A program made the translations under genes and the position numbers. A stretch of DNA of 64,000 nt from an uncultured Gammaproteobacteria bacterium (GTDB lineage Bacteria > Patescibacteriota > Patescibacteriia > Patescibacteriales > GWC2-42-12): positions 381 through 64,380 of the forward strand of contig CAZLKB010000002.1 of NCBI GenBank assembly GCA_964560005.1. The letters are read 5' to 3'. Below the pieces are notes generated by a model. That model had not been told where the DNA came from and ran no database searches. It worked only from the letters and a program-made list of their open reading frames with translations. Positions 17,468 through 25,846 of the stretch are shown here, in pieces. Position 1 is the first letter of the stretch. Every line of letters begins with the position of its first letter.

Positions 17468-17704
17468 ATGAAAGTAGAATCGATTAAGATTAAAGCAAAA
17501 CGGAGCAAGATTGGTGGTAGGTTGGTAACGATTGTCGATAGGGCCGATTTGCTGAAAAGGCGCCGGGAACTTAAAAGGATTTTATCAAAGCCAAGGATTC
17601 CTACAGATGATCGTGGTCTCGCTAATCTTAACGAGACCGAAAGGGAAAAACATCAGGTCATGCTTAAGCTGATTGAGTTGTTGCTAGTTAGCGTCCGTGG
17701 TTAA
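17468..17704 (+). CDS. hypothetical small protein, tandem cassette unit 1 (78 aa)
   Basis: strong SD aacGGAGGtttgaaATG; conserved flanks shared with unit 2. Confidence 0.5.
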   Translation: MKVESIKIKAKRSKIGGRLVTIVDRADLLKRRRELKRILSKPRIPTDDRGLANLNETEREKHQVMLKLIELLLVSVRG

Positions 17705-17771
17705 TCCTCACGGGGGCAGAGGAAATAAATTCAAAACAAAAACAACAGAAACAAGAAAACGGAGGTCTGAA

Positions 17772-18011
17772 ATGAAAGTACAATCGTTGGTTATTATCGA
17801 AAGAGCAGAGCTTAATAGCAAGGCCTGGGAATTGTCCGTCCGCCACAATCAGTTGGTGAGAGAAATAGAAGCCCAGGGAGATCCCACTGGAAGCAAAATA
17901 CAAGAGTTGCACGAGACCGATGCCGTGATGGGGTTTATTCAACGAGAGTTGCTCAAGGAAGAGGAAGTGAAGCCCAAAGACTACGGCATTCGCACTGTTC
18001 ATATCGGTTAA
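17772..18011 (+). CDS. hypothetical small protein, tandem cassette unit 2 (79 aa)
   Basis: strong SD aacGGAGGtctgaaATG; MKVxS N-terminus and xG-stop C-terminus shared with unit 1. Confidence 0.5.
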   Translation: MKVQSLVIIERAELNSKAWELSVRHNQLVREIEAQGDPTGSKIQELHETDAVMGFIQRELLKEEEVKPKDYGIRTVHIG

Positions 18012-18081
18012 TCCTCGCGGGGGCGGAGGAAATAAAGCCCCATTTTTAAAGATTAGTGATTTAAATAATTTAAAATTTAAA

Positions 18082-18207
18082 AGTCAAAATGGAAAATGAC
18101 AGTGCAAAATGTAAAATTACTTGTCCCGCTTCGCCTAACGAAGGCGGGGAAAATTCATTTTAAATTTTAATTTGTCACTTTTCATTTTGAGATTTGCAGT
18201 TTACATT
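18082..18207. repeat. palindromic intergenic element, aaaatgtaaaat family (copy 4), with a GC hairpin nested at its centre
   Basis: agtcaaaatggaaaatgacagtgcaaaatgtaaaatt ... cccgcttcgcctaacgaaggcgggg ... complementary arm. Confidence 0.85.
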
Positions 18208-18213
18208 AAGGTT

Positions 18214-18945
18214 ATGCCAATTAAAGTAAGAGTCTACAACCAAAACGCGGAAGCAACCGGGGAAATGGAACTTAGCCCTAAAGTTTTCGGTATGAAAGCC
18301 AATTCGGCTCTAGTGCATCAGGCGGTTGTCACCCAGATGGCTAACATGAGAAAAGTTATCGCCCACACTAAGACCAGATGCGAAGTCAGAGGCGGCGGCA
18401 GAAAACCCTGGGCGCAAAAGGGCACGGGCCGAGCGCGCCACGGGTCGTCCCGGTCGCCGATTTGGAAAGGCGGAGGCGTTACTTTCGGACCGAGAAATGA
18501 TCGAAATTTTAAAATGAGAATTAATAAAAAGATGAGGCAGAATGCCATCTTGATGGTTTTATCCGATAAATTGGCCAGTAATCATTTTACGATTGTGGAT
18601 AAGCTGGAAATGGCCGAGTTTAAAACCAAACTGTTTAATCAAATAATCGCCGGATTTGAAAAGAAGCTTTTCACCACCTCGGTAGCAACGGCTCCGGTTG
18701 AAAAAAACATAGAAAAAAAAGCGGAAAACAAAACGGTAGCCGCTAAAACCAAAAAATCGGCAGGCAAGCGCAGTATCTTGATAATCGTGCAAAAAGCGGA
18801 GGAAAAGTTAAGCGGTTCGGCTAGAAATCTGCCCGGCATTGAGTTAATGAATCTGGATAATATTAATATAGTTGATTTATTGCAGTATAAAAATTTAATT
18901 TTAACCAAAGCGGTTATAGAGAAGCTGGAAGAGAGATACAAGTAG
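18214..18945 (+). CDS. rplD: 50S ribosomal protein uL4
   Basis: GGGRKPWAQKGTGRARHGS motif; ATG 18214 preferred because the track start at 18172 is inside the repeat. Confidence 0.93.
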   Translation: MPIKVRVYNQNAEATGEMELSPKVFGMKANSALVHQAVVTQMANMRKVIAHTKTRCEVRGGGRKPWAQKGTGRARHGSSRSPIWKGGGVTFGPRNDRNFKMRINKKMRQNAILMVLSDKLASNHFTIVDKLEMAEFKTKLFNQIIAGFEKKLFTTSVATAPVEKNIEKKAENKTVAAKTKKSAGKRSILIIVQKAEEKLSGSARNLPGIELMNLDNINIVDLLQYKNLILTKAVIEKLEERYK

Positions 18946-19083
18946 AATTTTTAATTTTATCCCCCTTCGCTAACGCTGCGGAGGATAAATAATTTTTAAT
19001 TTTTAAATAATGTCTAATCTTTAATATTTAAAAATTAGAGCATTAAAAATTATTTATAAAATTAAAAATTTAAAAATTATTTT

Positions 19084-19575
19084 ATGTCAATATTCGGTAA
19101 GAAAACTGAAGATAAGGCAAAAGCTGCGGCTAAACCGGAGCCGGTTAAGGGTGGAAAAGCGCCTGCCACGGAAGAAAAGAAAACCCAAAGCATGAAAGAT
19201 TTGTACAGTACTCCCGCAGTTGCATCTTCGGCGAAACTCGGAACCAGCAAATCTAAAGATGTAAAAAAAGGAGAAGTCAGGGCGTCTTACGGCAACGCTT
19301 ATCGGATTTTAGTTAAGCCATTAGTTACGGAAAAAGTCAGTAATTTGGGAGTTTTAAATAAATATGTTTTTGCCGTGGCGCCCGAAGCCAATAAAATAGA
19401 GATCGCCAAAGCCGTTAAAGAAGTTTATGGCATTAAACCTGTTGGCGTTAATATTATTAATCGGCTCGGCAAGAAAGCGCGCTACGGCCGAATCAGCGGT
19501 TGGCGGAAAGATTGGAAGAAAGCCATAGTTACCTTGCCGAAAGGCCAAACCATTAAGATTTATGAAGGCGTATAA
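19084..19575 (+). CDS. rplW: 50S ribosomal protein uL23 (about 65-aa Lys/Ala-rich N-terminal extension)
   Basis: core ILVKPLVTEKVSN...YVFAVAPEANKIEIAKAVKEVYG...KKAIVTL. Confidence 0.92.
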   Translation: MSIFGKKTEDKAKAAAKPEPVKGGKAPATEEKKTQSMKDLYSTPAVASSAKLGTSKSKDVKKGEVRASYGNAYRILVKPLVTEKVSNLGVLNKYVFAVAPEANKIEIAKAVKEVYGIKPVGVNIINRLGKKARYGRISGWRKDWKKAIVTLPKGQTIKIYEGV

Positions 19576-19678
19576 TATGAAGTAAGAAGTATGAAGTGAG
19601 AAGTAAAATTAAAATTTTTAAAAAGATTGTTCGGCCGTATTTTCTAACTTCTAACTTCTTACTTCTAAACTAATTAAT
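19576..19678. repeat. palindromic spacer, gaagtaagaagt family
   Basis: gaagtaagaagtatgaagtgagaagtaaaa versus ttttctaacttctaacttcttacttc. Confidence 0.8.
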
Positions 19679-20512
19679 ATGGGTATCAAGATTGTAAAAC
19701 CTACATCACCGGGCAGAAGGTCGGCGACATTCGACGATTTTTCTGATATCACTAAAACCGAACCGGAACCAAGCCTGATTACTATCCGCAAAGACCATGC
19801 CGGCAGAAATAACACCGGCAAGATCACTGTCCGCCATCAAGGCGGAGGCGTGAAAAGGTATTTGCGCCAGATTGATTTTTTTAGAGAAAAATTTGATATA
19901 CCAGGAAAGATTATGACCATTGAATATGATCCTAATCGCGGCGCCAGAATCGGTTTGGTGTATTATAAAGACGGAGCCAAGAGATATATCATTATGCCTA
20001 TCGGTTTAAAGGTGGGCGATGAAATATTAAGTTCAAAAAATCAAATTGAAGTTAAGGCCGGCAATGCCATGCCGATAAAGTTTATCCCTCCGGGCGTTCA
20101 GGTGTATAATATAGAATTAGAACCGGGTCGAGGCGCTAAAATCGCCAGAGCCGCCGGCAATACGGTCTTCGTTATGGGCGTGGAGGGAGATTACGCGCAA
20201 ATTAAGATGCCTTCAAGCGAAATCAGGCAGGTTAATAAGGAATGCCTTTGCACTATCGGCCAGGTTTCTAACCCGGATCGGAATCATATCGTGATCGGCC
20301 GGGCAGGCAGGCAAAGGCTGTTAGGCGTCCGGCCGACGGTTAGAGGAACGGCCATGAATCCGGTTGATCATCCGCACGGCGGCGGCGAAGGCAAACAATC
20401 AATCGGCTTAAAGCACCCGAAGACGAAGTGGGGCAAGCCGGCCTTGGGAGTAAAAACCAGAAATCATAAGAAGAGATCTAATAGACTAATAATCAATAGG
20501 AGAAAGAAATAA
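19679..20512 (+). CDS. rplB: 50S ribosomal protein uL2
   Basis: 277 aa; RNNTGKITVRHQGGG and MNPVDHPHGGGEG motifs. Confidence 0.97.
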   Translation: MGIKIVKPTSPGRRSATFDDFSDITKTEPEPSLITIRKDHAGRNNTGKITVRHQGGGVKRYLRQIDFFREKFDIPGKIMTIEYDPNRGARIGLVYYKDGAKRYIIMPIGLKVGDEILSSKNQIEVKAGNAMPIKFIPPGVQVYNIELEPGRGAKIARAAGNTVFVMGVEGDYAQIKMPSSEIRQVNKECLCTIGQVSNPDRNHIVIGRAGRQRLLGVRPTVRGTAMNPVDHPHGGGEGKQSIGLKHPKTKWGKPALGVKTRNHKKRSNRLIINRRKK

Positions 20513-20606
20513 ACAAGAAGTTGAAAGTTATAAAGTTTATAAAGTTATAAAGTAGATGAATTTAACTTTACAAACTATCAACTTTATAACTTTATAACTA
20601 ATTTAT
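20513..20606. repeat. palindromic spacer, ataaagtt family
   Basis: gttgaaagttataaagtttataaagttataaagt versus actttacaaactatcaactttataactttataac. Confidence 0.85.
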
Positions 20607-20939
20607 ATGACCAGAAGTTTAAAAAAAGGCCCATATGTGAACGAAAGGCTCATGAAGAAGCTAAGAGCCATGCGTCCCGGCGATAAGAATATAATAAAAG
20701 TCTGGGATAGAGCTTGTACGATTGCGCCGGAGATGGTAGGCTTTACCATCGGAGTGCATAATGGCAAACAGCATACCCCGGTTTTTATCGTAGAAAATAT
20801 GGTCGGCCATAAATTAGGAGAATTCGCGCCCACCAGAAAATTTGTCAGTCATGGCGGCAAGATGGCGAAAGATCAGGCCAAAGAATCGGCCGCGGCCGCT
20901 GCCCCGGCGCCAGCCGCAGCACCTAAGGCGGGAAAATAA
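20607..20939 (+). CDS. rpsS: 30S ribosomal protein uS19 (Ala/Pro-rich C-terminal tail)
   Basis: [18 protein letters not shown] and [11 protein letters not shown] motifs. Confidence 0.96.
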   Translation: MTRSLKKGPYVNERLMKKLRAMRPGDKNIIKVWDRACTIAPEMVGFTIGVHNGKQHTPVFIVENMVGHKLGEFAPTRKFVSHGGKMAKDQAKESAAAAAPAPAAAPKAGK

Positions 20940-21059
20940 ATTACCCCACAAATCTACGAATCCGCTACGAATATCACGAATATAATTTGTAGTATTTGTA
21001 GCCGATTCGTTGATTTGTAGGTTAGGTACAAGCTATAAATAATTAACAATAAAGAATTC
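20940..21059. repeat. palindromic spacer, tacaaat/tacgaat family
   Basis: cacaaatctacgaatccgctacgaatatcacgaatat versus atttgtagtatttgtagccgattcgttgatttgtagg; the arm is near-identical to 13742-13777. Confidence 0.85.
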
Positions 21060-21635
21060 ATGGAAGTTAAAGCTAAAGTAAAATTTATCAGAATGTCGTC
21101 CACGAAGATACGTTTAGTGGCTAATCTGATTAAGGACATGCCGGTAGATAAGGCGCTGGACCAGCTTCAGTTTATTAATAAACTGGCTGCTCGTCCGGTG
21201 GCTAAGCTCGTTAAGTCCGCCATAGCTAACGCGGAACATAATTTTGAATTGGCTAAAGATAATTTATTTATAAAAGAATTAACCGTAGGCGAAGGTCCGA
21301 CTTTGAAACGCTGGCTGCCCAGGGCGCACGGACGAGCGACGCCGCTTAGAAAACGAACCAGCCATATTAATTTAATATTGGGAGAAATTAAAGCATCGGG
21401 TAAAACCGGGGCTAAAAAACAGAATCTAACCGCGCCGGTTAAGCTGGACGCCAGTCCGAAGAAAGAGCCGGCCGTTAAGATAAAAGAGGCGGCCAAACCG
21501 AAAAAAAATATTGAAACCAAGGAAGAAGGCAAGACTATAATTGATCCGAGAATGGAAGGCCGAGGCGGGCACGCTAAAATTGAAGGCGGCAGCAAGGGAT
21601 TTGTCGGTAAAATGTTTAGACGGAAAAGTGGTTAA
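21060..21635 (+). CDS. rplV: 50S ribosomal protein uL22 (long Lys-rich C-terminal extension)
   Basis: SSTKIRLVANLIKDMPV and RAHGRATPLRKRTSHI motifs. Confidence 0.95.
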   Translation: MEVKAKVKFIRMSSTKIRLVANLIKDMPVDKALDQLQFINKLAARPVAKLVKSAIANAEHNFELAKDNLFIKELTVGEGPTLKRWLPRAHGRATPLRKRTSHINLILGEIKASGKTGAKKQNLTAPVKLDASPKKEPAVKIKEAAKPKKNIETKEEGKTIIDPRMEGRGGHAKIEGGSKGFVGKMFRRKSG

Positions 21636-21735
21636 CAAGTAAAAAGTTATAAAGTTCATAAAGTTTGTAAAGTTATAAATTAAAAAATAGGCTACTTTCA
21701 ACTTTATAAACTTTCAAACTTTATAACTAATTTAT
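21636..21735. repeat. palindromic spacer, ataaagtt family
   Basis: aaagttataaagttcataaagtttgtaaagttataaa versus tactttcaactttataaactttcaaactttataac. Confidence 0.85.
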
Positions 21736-22425
21736 ATGGGACATAAAGTAAATCCAAAGGTTTTCAGACTGAATATTACCAGGACCTGGCCGTCCAGGTG
21801 GTTTGCTACTGGGCAAACCATGATCAGCAATTTAAAACAAGATGTTAATTTGAAAAAATATTTATTTACCGAATTGCGCGAGGCCGGGGTAGATAGGATT
21901 GAAATTGATAGAAGCGGCCACAAGGTTACTATCGGCATCTTTACGGCCAAGCCCGGAATACTAATCGGCCGCGGCGGCAGCGGCGCCGGTGATTTAAAAA
22001 AGAAATTGCATGATAAATTTTTAAAGAATTTTAAATTAGGCGATATAAATTTGAATATTACCGAATTTGACCGGCCCAATTTATCCAGCAACATTATCGC
22101 CGGCGCCATGGCGATTGATATTGAAAAGAGGATGCCTTTTAGAAGAGTAATGAAGCAGGCGATTAACCGCATTGAAAGAGCCGGCGCCTTAGGGGTAAAG
22201 GTGATTATCAGCGGCCGGCTGAATGGCGCGGAAATCGCCAGAACGGAAATGCTGACTTCGGGTAAAGTGCCGTTGCATACTTTAAGAGCCGATATAGATT
22301 TTGCCAAAGCCACGGCCAAAACCACCTATGGCACCATCGGAATAAAATTATGGATATATAAAGGCGATGTCTTTAAAAAAGAAAGCGAAACCGCCAAGGG
22401 GGAAGTAGTAGGAGAGAAGAAATAA
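21736..22425 (+). CDS. rpsC: 30S ribosomal protein uS3
   Basis: MGHKVNPKVFRL, KPGILIGRGG (KH domain) and ISGRLNGAEIAR motifs. Confidence 0.96.
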   Translation: MGHKVNPKVFRLNITRTWPSRWFATGQTMISNLKQDVNLKKYLFTELREAGVDRIEIDRSGHKVTIGIFTAKPGILIGRGGSGAGDLKKKLHDKFLKNFKLGDINLNITEFDRPNLSSNIIAGAMAIDIEKRMPFRRVMKQAINRIERAGALGVKVIISGRLNGAEIARTEMLTSGKVPLHTLRADIDFAKATAKTTYGTIGIKLWIYKGDVFKKESETAKGEVVGEKK

Positions 22426-22504
22426 GAGTTATAAAGTTCATAAAGTTATAAAGTTAAAAGTAAATTCTGATAACTTTATAAACTTTATAACTTTCAACTA
22501 ATAT
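22426..22504. repeat. palindromic spacer, ataaagtt family
   Basis: gagttataaagttcataaagttataaagtt versus aactttataaactttataactttcaac. Confidence 0.85.
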
Positions 22505-22909
22505 ATGTTGACGCCGAAGAAAACAAAATGGAGAAAGATGCATAAGCGCAAGCGGGGAGGCAAGGCTTCCCAGATGCTTAGCTTAAGCTTTGGCGACTAT
22601 GGTTTAAAAAGCTTGGAAGCTTGCTGGATTTCTTCAAGGCAGATTGAATCGGCTAGAAAAGTTTTAACCAGATATATCTCGAAGGGCGGCAAGGTGTGGA
22701 TCAGGATTTTTCCCGATAAGTCAGTCACGATCAAGGGCGGAGAAATTCCCATGGGCAAGGGCAAGGGTACGGTCGACCATTATGTAGCGATCGTCAAGCC
22801 GGGCATGATAATGTTTGAAATGGCCGGCATAGCCGAACCCGAGGCTAAAGAAGCCATGAAAATGGCCGGCTATAAGCTGCCGGTTAAATGCAAGTATATT
22901 AAGAAATAA
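22505..22909 (+). CDS. rplP: 50S ribosomal protein uL16
   Basis: MLTPKKTKWRK, WIRIFPDK and MGKGKG motifs. Confidence 0.96.
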   Translation: MLTPKKTKWRKMHKRKRGGKASQMLSLSFGDYGLKSLEACWISSRQIESARKVLTRYISKGGKVWIRIFPDKSVTIKGGEIPMGKGKGTVDHYVAIVKPGMIMFEMAGIAEPEAKEAMKMAGYKLPVKCKYIKK

Positions 22910-22993
22910 AAAACGAATCATCGCGAATAAATTTAAAATCAGATTAATAAAATTCGTGTTCATTCGCTATAATTCGCGATTAATTAGTTATAT
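22910..22993. repeat. palindromic spacer, cgcgaat family
   Basis: acgaatcatcgcgaataaattt versus aaattcgtgttcattcgctataattcgcgat. Confidence 0.8.
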
Positions 22994-23179
22994 ATGGAAT
23001 TAAAGGAATTAAAATTAAAAGCCGAGAAAGAACTTAAGCAACTTTTGAACGAATTCCGCGATAAATTGAGAGATTTGCGTTTTAAGGATGCCAATAAGCA
23101 ATTAAAAGATGTTAGAGAGATTCGGGAGATAAAGAAGACGATCGCTCGGATTTTAACATTGTTAAAGGTTAAGAAATAA
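22994..23179 (+). CDS. rpmC: 50S ribosomal protein uL29
   Basis: 61 aa; ELKELKLKAEKELKQLLNEFRDKLRDLRF coiled-coil pattern and operon position. Confidence 0.9.
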   Translation: MELKELKLKAEKELKQLLNEFRDKLRDLRFKDANKQLKDVREIREIKKTIARILTLLKVKK

Positions 23180-23200
23180 TTGAAAATTATTCAAAGAAAT

Positions 23201-23494
23201 ATGGAAAGTCAAATCAGCAAAAATAATCAACCAGTCAAACGCCAGGTCATTAGACGGAAGTTTAATGGCGTGGTTACGAGCGATAAAATGGACAAAACCA
23301 GGATAGTCGCGGTTACCTCGGCTAAAATATATCCGAAGTATTTGAAAAGATATAAGGTCAGCAAAAAATTTAAAGTCCATGATGAAAAAAATCAGTATAA
23401 AGTCGGCGACAAGGTAAGTTTTATTGAATGCCGCCCGATCAGCAAGGATAAAAGATGGCGGATGATATATCAAAGCGAATTGGGTACGAATTAA
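23201..23494 (+). CDS. rpsQ: 30S ribosomal protein uS17
   Basis: GVVTSDKMDKTRIVAV, HDEKNQYKVGDKV and ECRPISKDKRW; a TTG start at 23180 is also possible. Confidence 0.92.
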   Translation: MESQISKNNQPVKRQVIRRKFNGVVTSDKMDKTRIVAVTSAKIYPKYLKRYKVSKKFKVHDEKNQYKVGDKVSFIECRPISKDKRWRMIYQSELGTN

Positions 23495-23578
23495 AAGCAA
23501 ATTAGCGCGAATGAATGGATAATAAGGTTAATAAATTAGAGTTAATTCGCGTTAAATTTGAGATTAATTAGTTATTAT
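23495..23578. repeat. palindromic spacer, cgcgaat family
   Basis: aaattagcgcgaatgaatggataataa versus ttagagttaattcgcgttaaattt. Confidence 0.8.
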
Positions 23579-23950
23579 ATGATACAGGTACAATCAATTT
23601 TAAAAGTTGCCGATAACACAGGCGCCAAGAGAGTATTGTGCGTTAAGATTTTTGGCGGTTATAAAAAACGCTATGCCGGCGTAGGCGAGGTTATTACCGC
23701 GGTCGTTAAGGAAGCCGAACCGCATGCCGCCATAAAAAACGGAGATATCGTTCACGCCGTAGTCGTTAGAACCAGAAAAGAAGTCAGAAGGCCGGATGGC
23801 GTTTATGTGCGCTTTGATGAGAATGCTTGCGTTATTATTGATAAAGACAAGAAAGAGCCTAAGGGCACAAGAATTTTCGGTCCGGTGGCCAGGGAACTAA
23901 AACAGTTGGGCTTTATAAAGATTGCCTCGCTGGCGCCGGAAGTTTTGTAA
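23579..23950 (+). CDS. rplN: 50S ribosomal protein uL14
   Basis: [17 protein letters not shown]...[11 protein letters not shown]...GPVARELK; start placed at the internal ATG in the frame of the supplied ORF track. Confidence 0.95.
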   Translation: MIQVQSILKVADNTGAKRVLCVKIFGGYKKRYAGVGEVITAVVKEAEPHAAIKNGDIVHAVVVRTRKEVRRPDGVYVRFDENACVIIDKDKKEPKGTRIFGPVARELKQLGFIKIASLAPEVL

Positions 23951-24051
23951 AGCGAATTCTACGCGAATTAGAACGAATAGTCGCGAATGGATAATAAAAT
24001 TAATAAAATTTGAATTAATTCGCGCCTAATTAGAGATAAATTAGTTATTAT
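23951..24051. repeat. palindromic spacer, cgcgaat family
   Basis: agcgaattctacgcgaattagaacgaatagtcgcgaatgg versus tttgaattaattcgcgcctaattagag. Confidence 0.8.
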
Positions 24052-24384
24052 ATGAAGATTAAAAAGGGAGATAAAGTAAAAATATTAGCCGGTAAGGATA
24101 AGGGTAAAATCGGCAAGGTTTTGCAGATTTTTCCTTCTGCCAATCGGGCTTCAATTGAAGGCCTAAATCTTTTAATTAAGCACATGCGGCCGAGAAAACA
24201 AGGCGAAAAAGGCCAAAGAATAGAATTTCCGGCACCGATGGATTTATCTAATATCATTCTGATTTGCAAGTCTTGCGATAAGCCGACCAGAGTAGGTTAT
24301 AAATATATAGAAGTCATGAAAAATGAAGCTAAACATAAGAAGAAAGTCAGAGTATGTAAAAAATGCAAGCAAGTGATGGAATAG
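24052..24384 (+). CDS. rplX: 50S ribosomal protein uL24 (Cys-containing C-terminal extension)
   Basis: MKIKKGDKVKILAGKDKGKIGKVLQI KOW motif. Confidence 0.93.
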   Translation: MKIKKGDKVKILAGKDKGKIGKVLQIFPSANRASIEGLNLLIKHMRPRKQGEKGQRIEFPAPMDLSNIILICKSCDKPTRVGYKYIEVMKNEAKHKKKVRVCKKCKQVME

Positions 24385-24474
24385 CGAATAAAAAAAGAAT
24401 TGATACGCGAATTAATCGAATTAACACTTAAATTGGCGATGAATTCGCATTTAATTGGAGATTAATTAGTATAT
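24385..24474. repeat. palindromic spacer, cgcgaat family
   Basis: gatacgcgaattaatcgaattaacac versus ggcgatgaattcgcatttaattgg. Confidence 0.75.
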
Positions 24475-25062
24475 ATGGCTTTAAAAGAAAAATATCAAAA
24501 AGAAATAATGCCAAAGCTGGAAGCTAAATTCGGGTATAAGAACCCGATGGCTGTGCCGCGCTTAACCAAAGTGGTAATTAATTCCGGCGTCGGCAGGAAT
24601 GCTAAAGACAAGGCTTTTATTGATAGCGTATATTCCAGTTTAGAGAGAATCAGCGGTCAAAAGCCGGTGCTAACTAAAGCCAAGCAATCAATTTCCGCAT
24701 TCAAAACCAGAAAGGGCATGGTTGTGGGCGTGGCTGTTACCTTGCGCAACAAGAGAATGTATGATTTTGTGGAAAAATTAGTTGGCATAACTTTTCCGAG
24801 AATTAGAGATTTCAGAGGCATTAACCCCAAGCAAGTAGATGATAAGGGAAATTTAGCCGTAGGTTTTAAAGAACATATCGCTTTTCCGGAAATCAAAGCC
24901 GATGAAGCGGAGAATATCCATGGCCTGGGCGTTTGTTTAAACACCACTGCTAAAAACCACGAACAAGGCTTAGAACTGTTTAAATTAATGGGATTTCCTT
25001 TTAGAACGGATGATGAAATTGAATCAAAGAAAGCTAAAAAGAAGAATAAAAAAATTAATTAA
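24475..25062 (+). CDS. rplE: 50S ribosomal protein uL5
   Basis: [25 protein letters not shown] and FPRIRDFRG motifs. Confidence 0.96.
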   Translation: MALKEKYQKEIMPKLEAKFGYKNPMAVPRLTKVVINSGVGRNAKDKAFIDSVYSSLERISGQKPVLTKAKQSISAFKTRKGMVVGVAVTLRNKRMYDFVEKLVGITFPRIRDFRGINPKQVDDKGNLAVGFKEHIAFPEIKADEAENIHGLGVCLNTTAKNHEQGLELFKLMGFPFRTDDEIESKKAKKKNKKIN

Positions 25063-25073
25063 TTATATTATAT

Positions 25074-25259
25074 ATGCCTAGAACAGCGTTATTGGTAAAA
25101 GCCAGAAGGAAACCTAAATTCTCCACCAGAATCGTCAGGCGTTGCTGGCGTTGCGGCCGCAATCACGGTTATATGAGAGATTTCGGCCTGTGCCGCATTT
25201 GTTTTAGGGAATTGGCGTCTAATACCGACATACCGGGAGTGACGAAGTCTAGTTGGTAG
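25074..25259 (+). CDS. rpsN: 30S ribosomal protein uS14, short zinc-binding type
   Basis: 61 aa; CWRCGR...CRICFRE Cys4 pattern. Confidence 0.95.
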   Translation: MPRTALLVKARRKPKFSTRIVRRCWRCGRNHGYMRDFGLCRICFRELASNTDIPGVTKSSW

Positions 25260-25431
25260 TACAATGTAAAATATAAGTTTTAAAATTACCAGGTAAAATT
25301 TTCAATTTTCAATTCTCAATTTTCAAACAATTTTCAATGACTAAATTTTCAATGAAATACAAATAACTGTTTGAAAATTATAACATTAAATCATTGTTTA
25401 GAAATTGAAAATTAGAAATTATAAATTATCT
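25260..25431. repeat. palindromic spacer, ttttcaat family
   Basis: aaaattttcaattttcaattctcaattttcaaacaattttcaatgac is near-identical to 30020-30075; right arm ttgaaaattagaaatt. Confidence 0.85.
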
Positions 25432-25842
25432 ATGACAGACCCGATAGCAGACATGCTAACAAGAATTAGAAACGCTCAAGCCGTTAATAAAAAAACGGTT
25501 GTTTTGCCTATGAGCAAGATGAAATACGGAATCGCAAAAATTTTAGAGCAAAGCGGCTGGATTGAAAAAGTGGAAATTGAAAAAAGCGCGGTTAAAAAGA
25601 ATTCAAGCTCTGTCTTCAACGAAATAAAGATTGAATTAAAATATAAAAACGGCCAGCCGGCGATTTCTTTTTTAAGAAAAATCAGCACGCCGGGCAGAAG
25701 AATTTATGTCAATAAAAATGAGTTGCCAAAAGTTTTAAATAATTTAGGCATAGCGATTATTTCCACCTCTAAAGGCTTAATGACCAATAAAGAGGCTAAA
25801 AAGCAAGGCGTTGGCGGCGAAGTAATATGCGAAATATACTAA
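25432..25842 (+). CDS. rpsH: 30S ribosomal protein uS8
   Basis: MTDPIADMLTRIRNA and GIAIISTSKGLMT motifs. Confidence 0.95.
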   Translation: MTDPIADMLTRIRNAQAVNKKTVVLPMSKMKYGIAKILEQSGWIEKVEIEKSAVKKNSSSVFNEIKIELKYKNGQPAISFLRKISTPGRRIYVNKNELPKVLNNLGIAIISTSKGLMTNKEAKKQGVGGEVICEIY

Positions 25843-25846
25843 ACTT

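Noticed and set aside
17699-17729. Integron attC site at the 3' end of the tandem cassettes.
   Set aside because: No integrase is present. GGTTAAT does not fit the GTTRRRY core, and the hairpin is much shorter than attC sites.
21732-22325. Long antisense ORFs in the track opposite real genes, for example 21732-22325(-), 21167-21595(-), 26948-27466(-), 27040-27447(-), 53844-54320(-), 6166-6555(-) and 1221-1550(-).
   Set aside because: They lie fully inside well-supported + strand genes, have low-complexity or odd composition, and show no motifs. They are typical shadow ORFs.
23870-23890. An apparent 1-nt frame discrepancy in rplN near 23881 when I hand-translated the printed sequence (ttcggt-t-ccggtg).
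   Set aside because: The supplied ORF track gives one uninterrupted 130-codon frame (23558-23950) with a perfect uL14 sequence. I attribute the discrepancy to my own character counting and do not claim a frameshift. It is worth a quick automated check.
25290-25420. A CRISPR-like periodic repeat appearance (ttttcaat, ataaagtt and aactcgc runs) here and in other spacers.
   Set aside because: The units are 7-8 nt, directly tandem, and have no unique spacers. They are arranged as inverted arms, and no cas genes are present.
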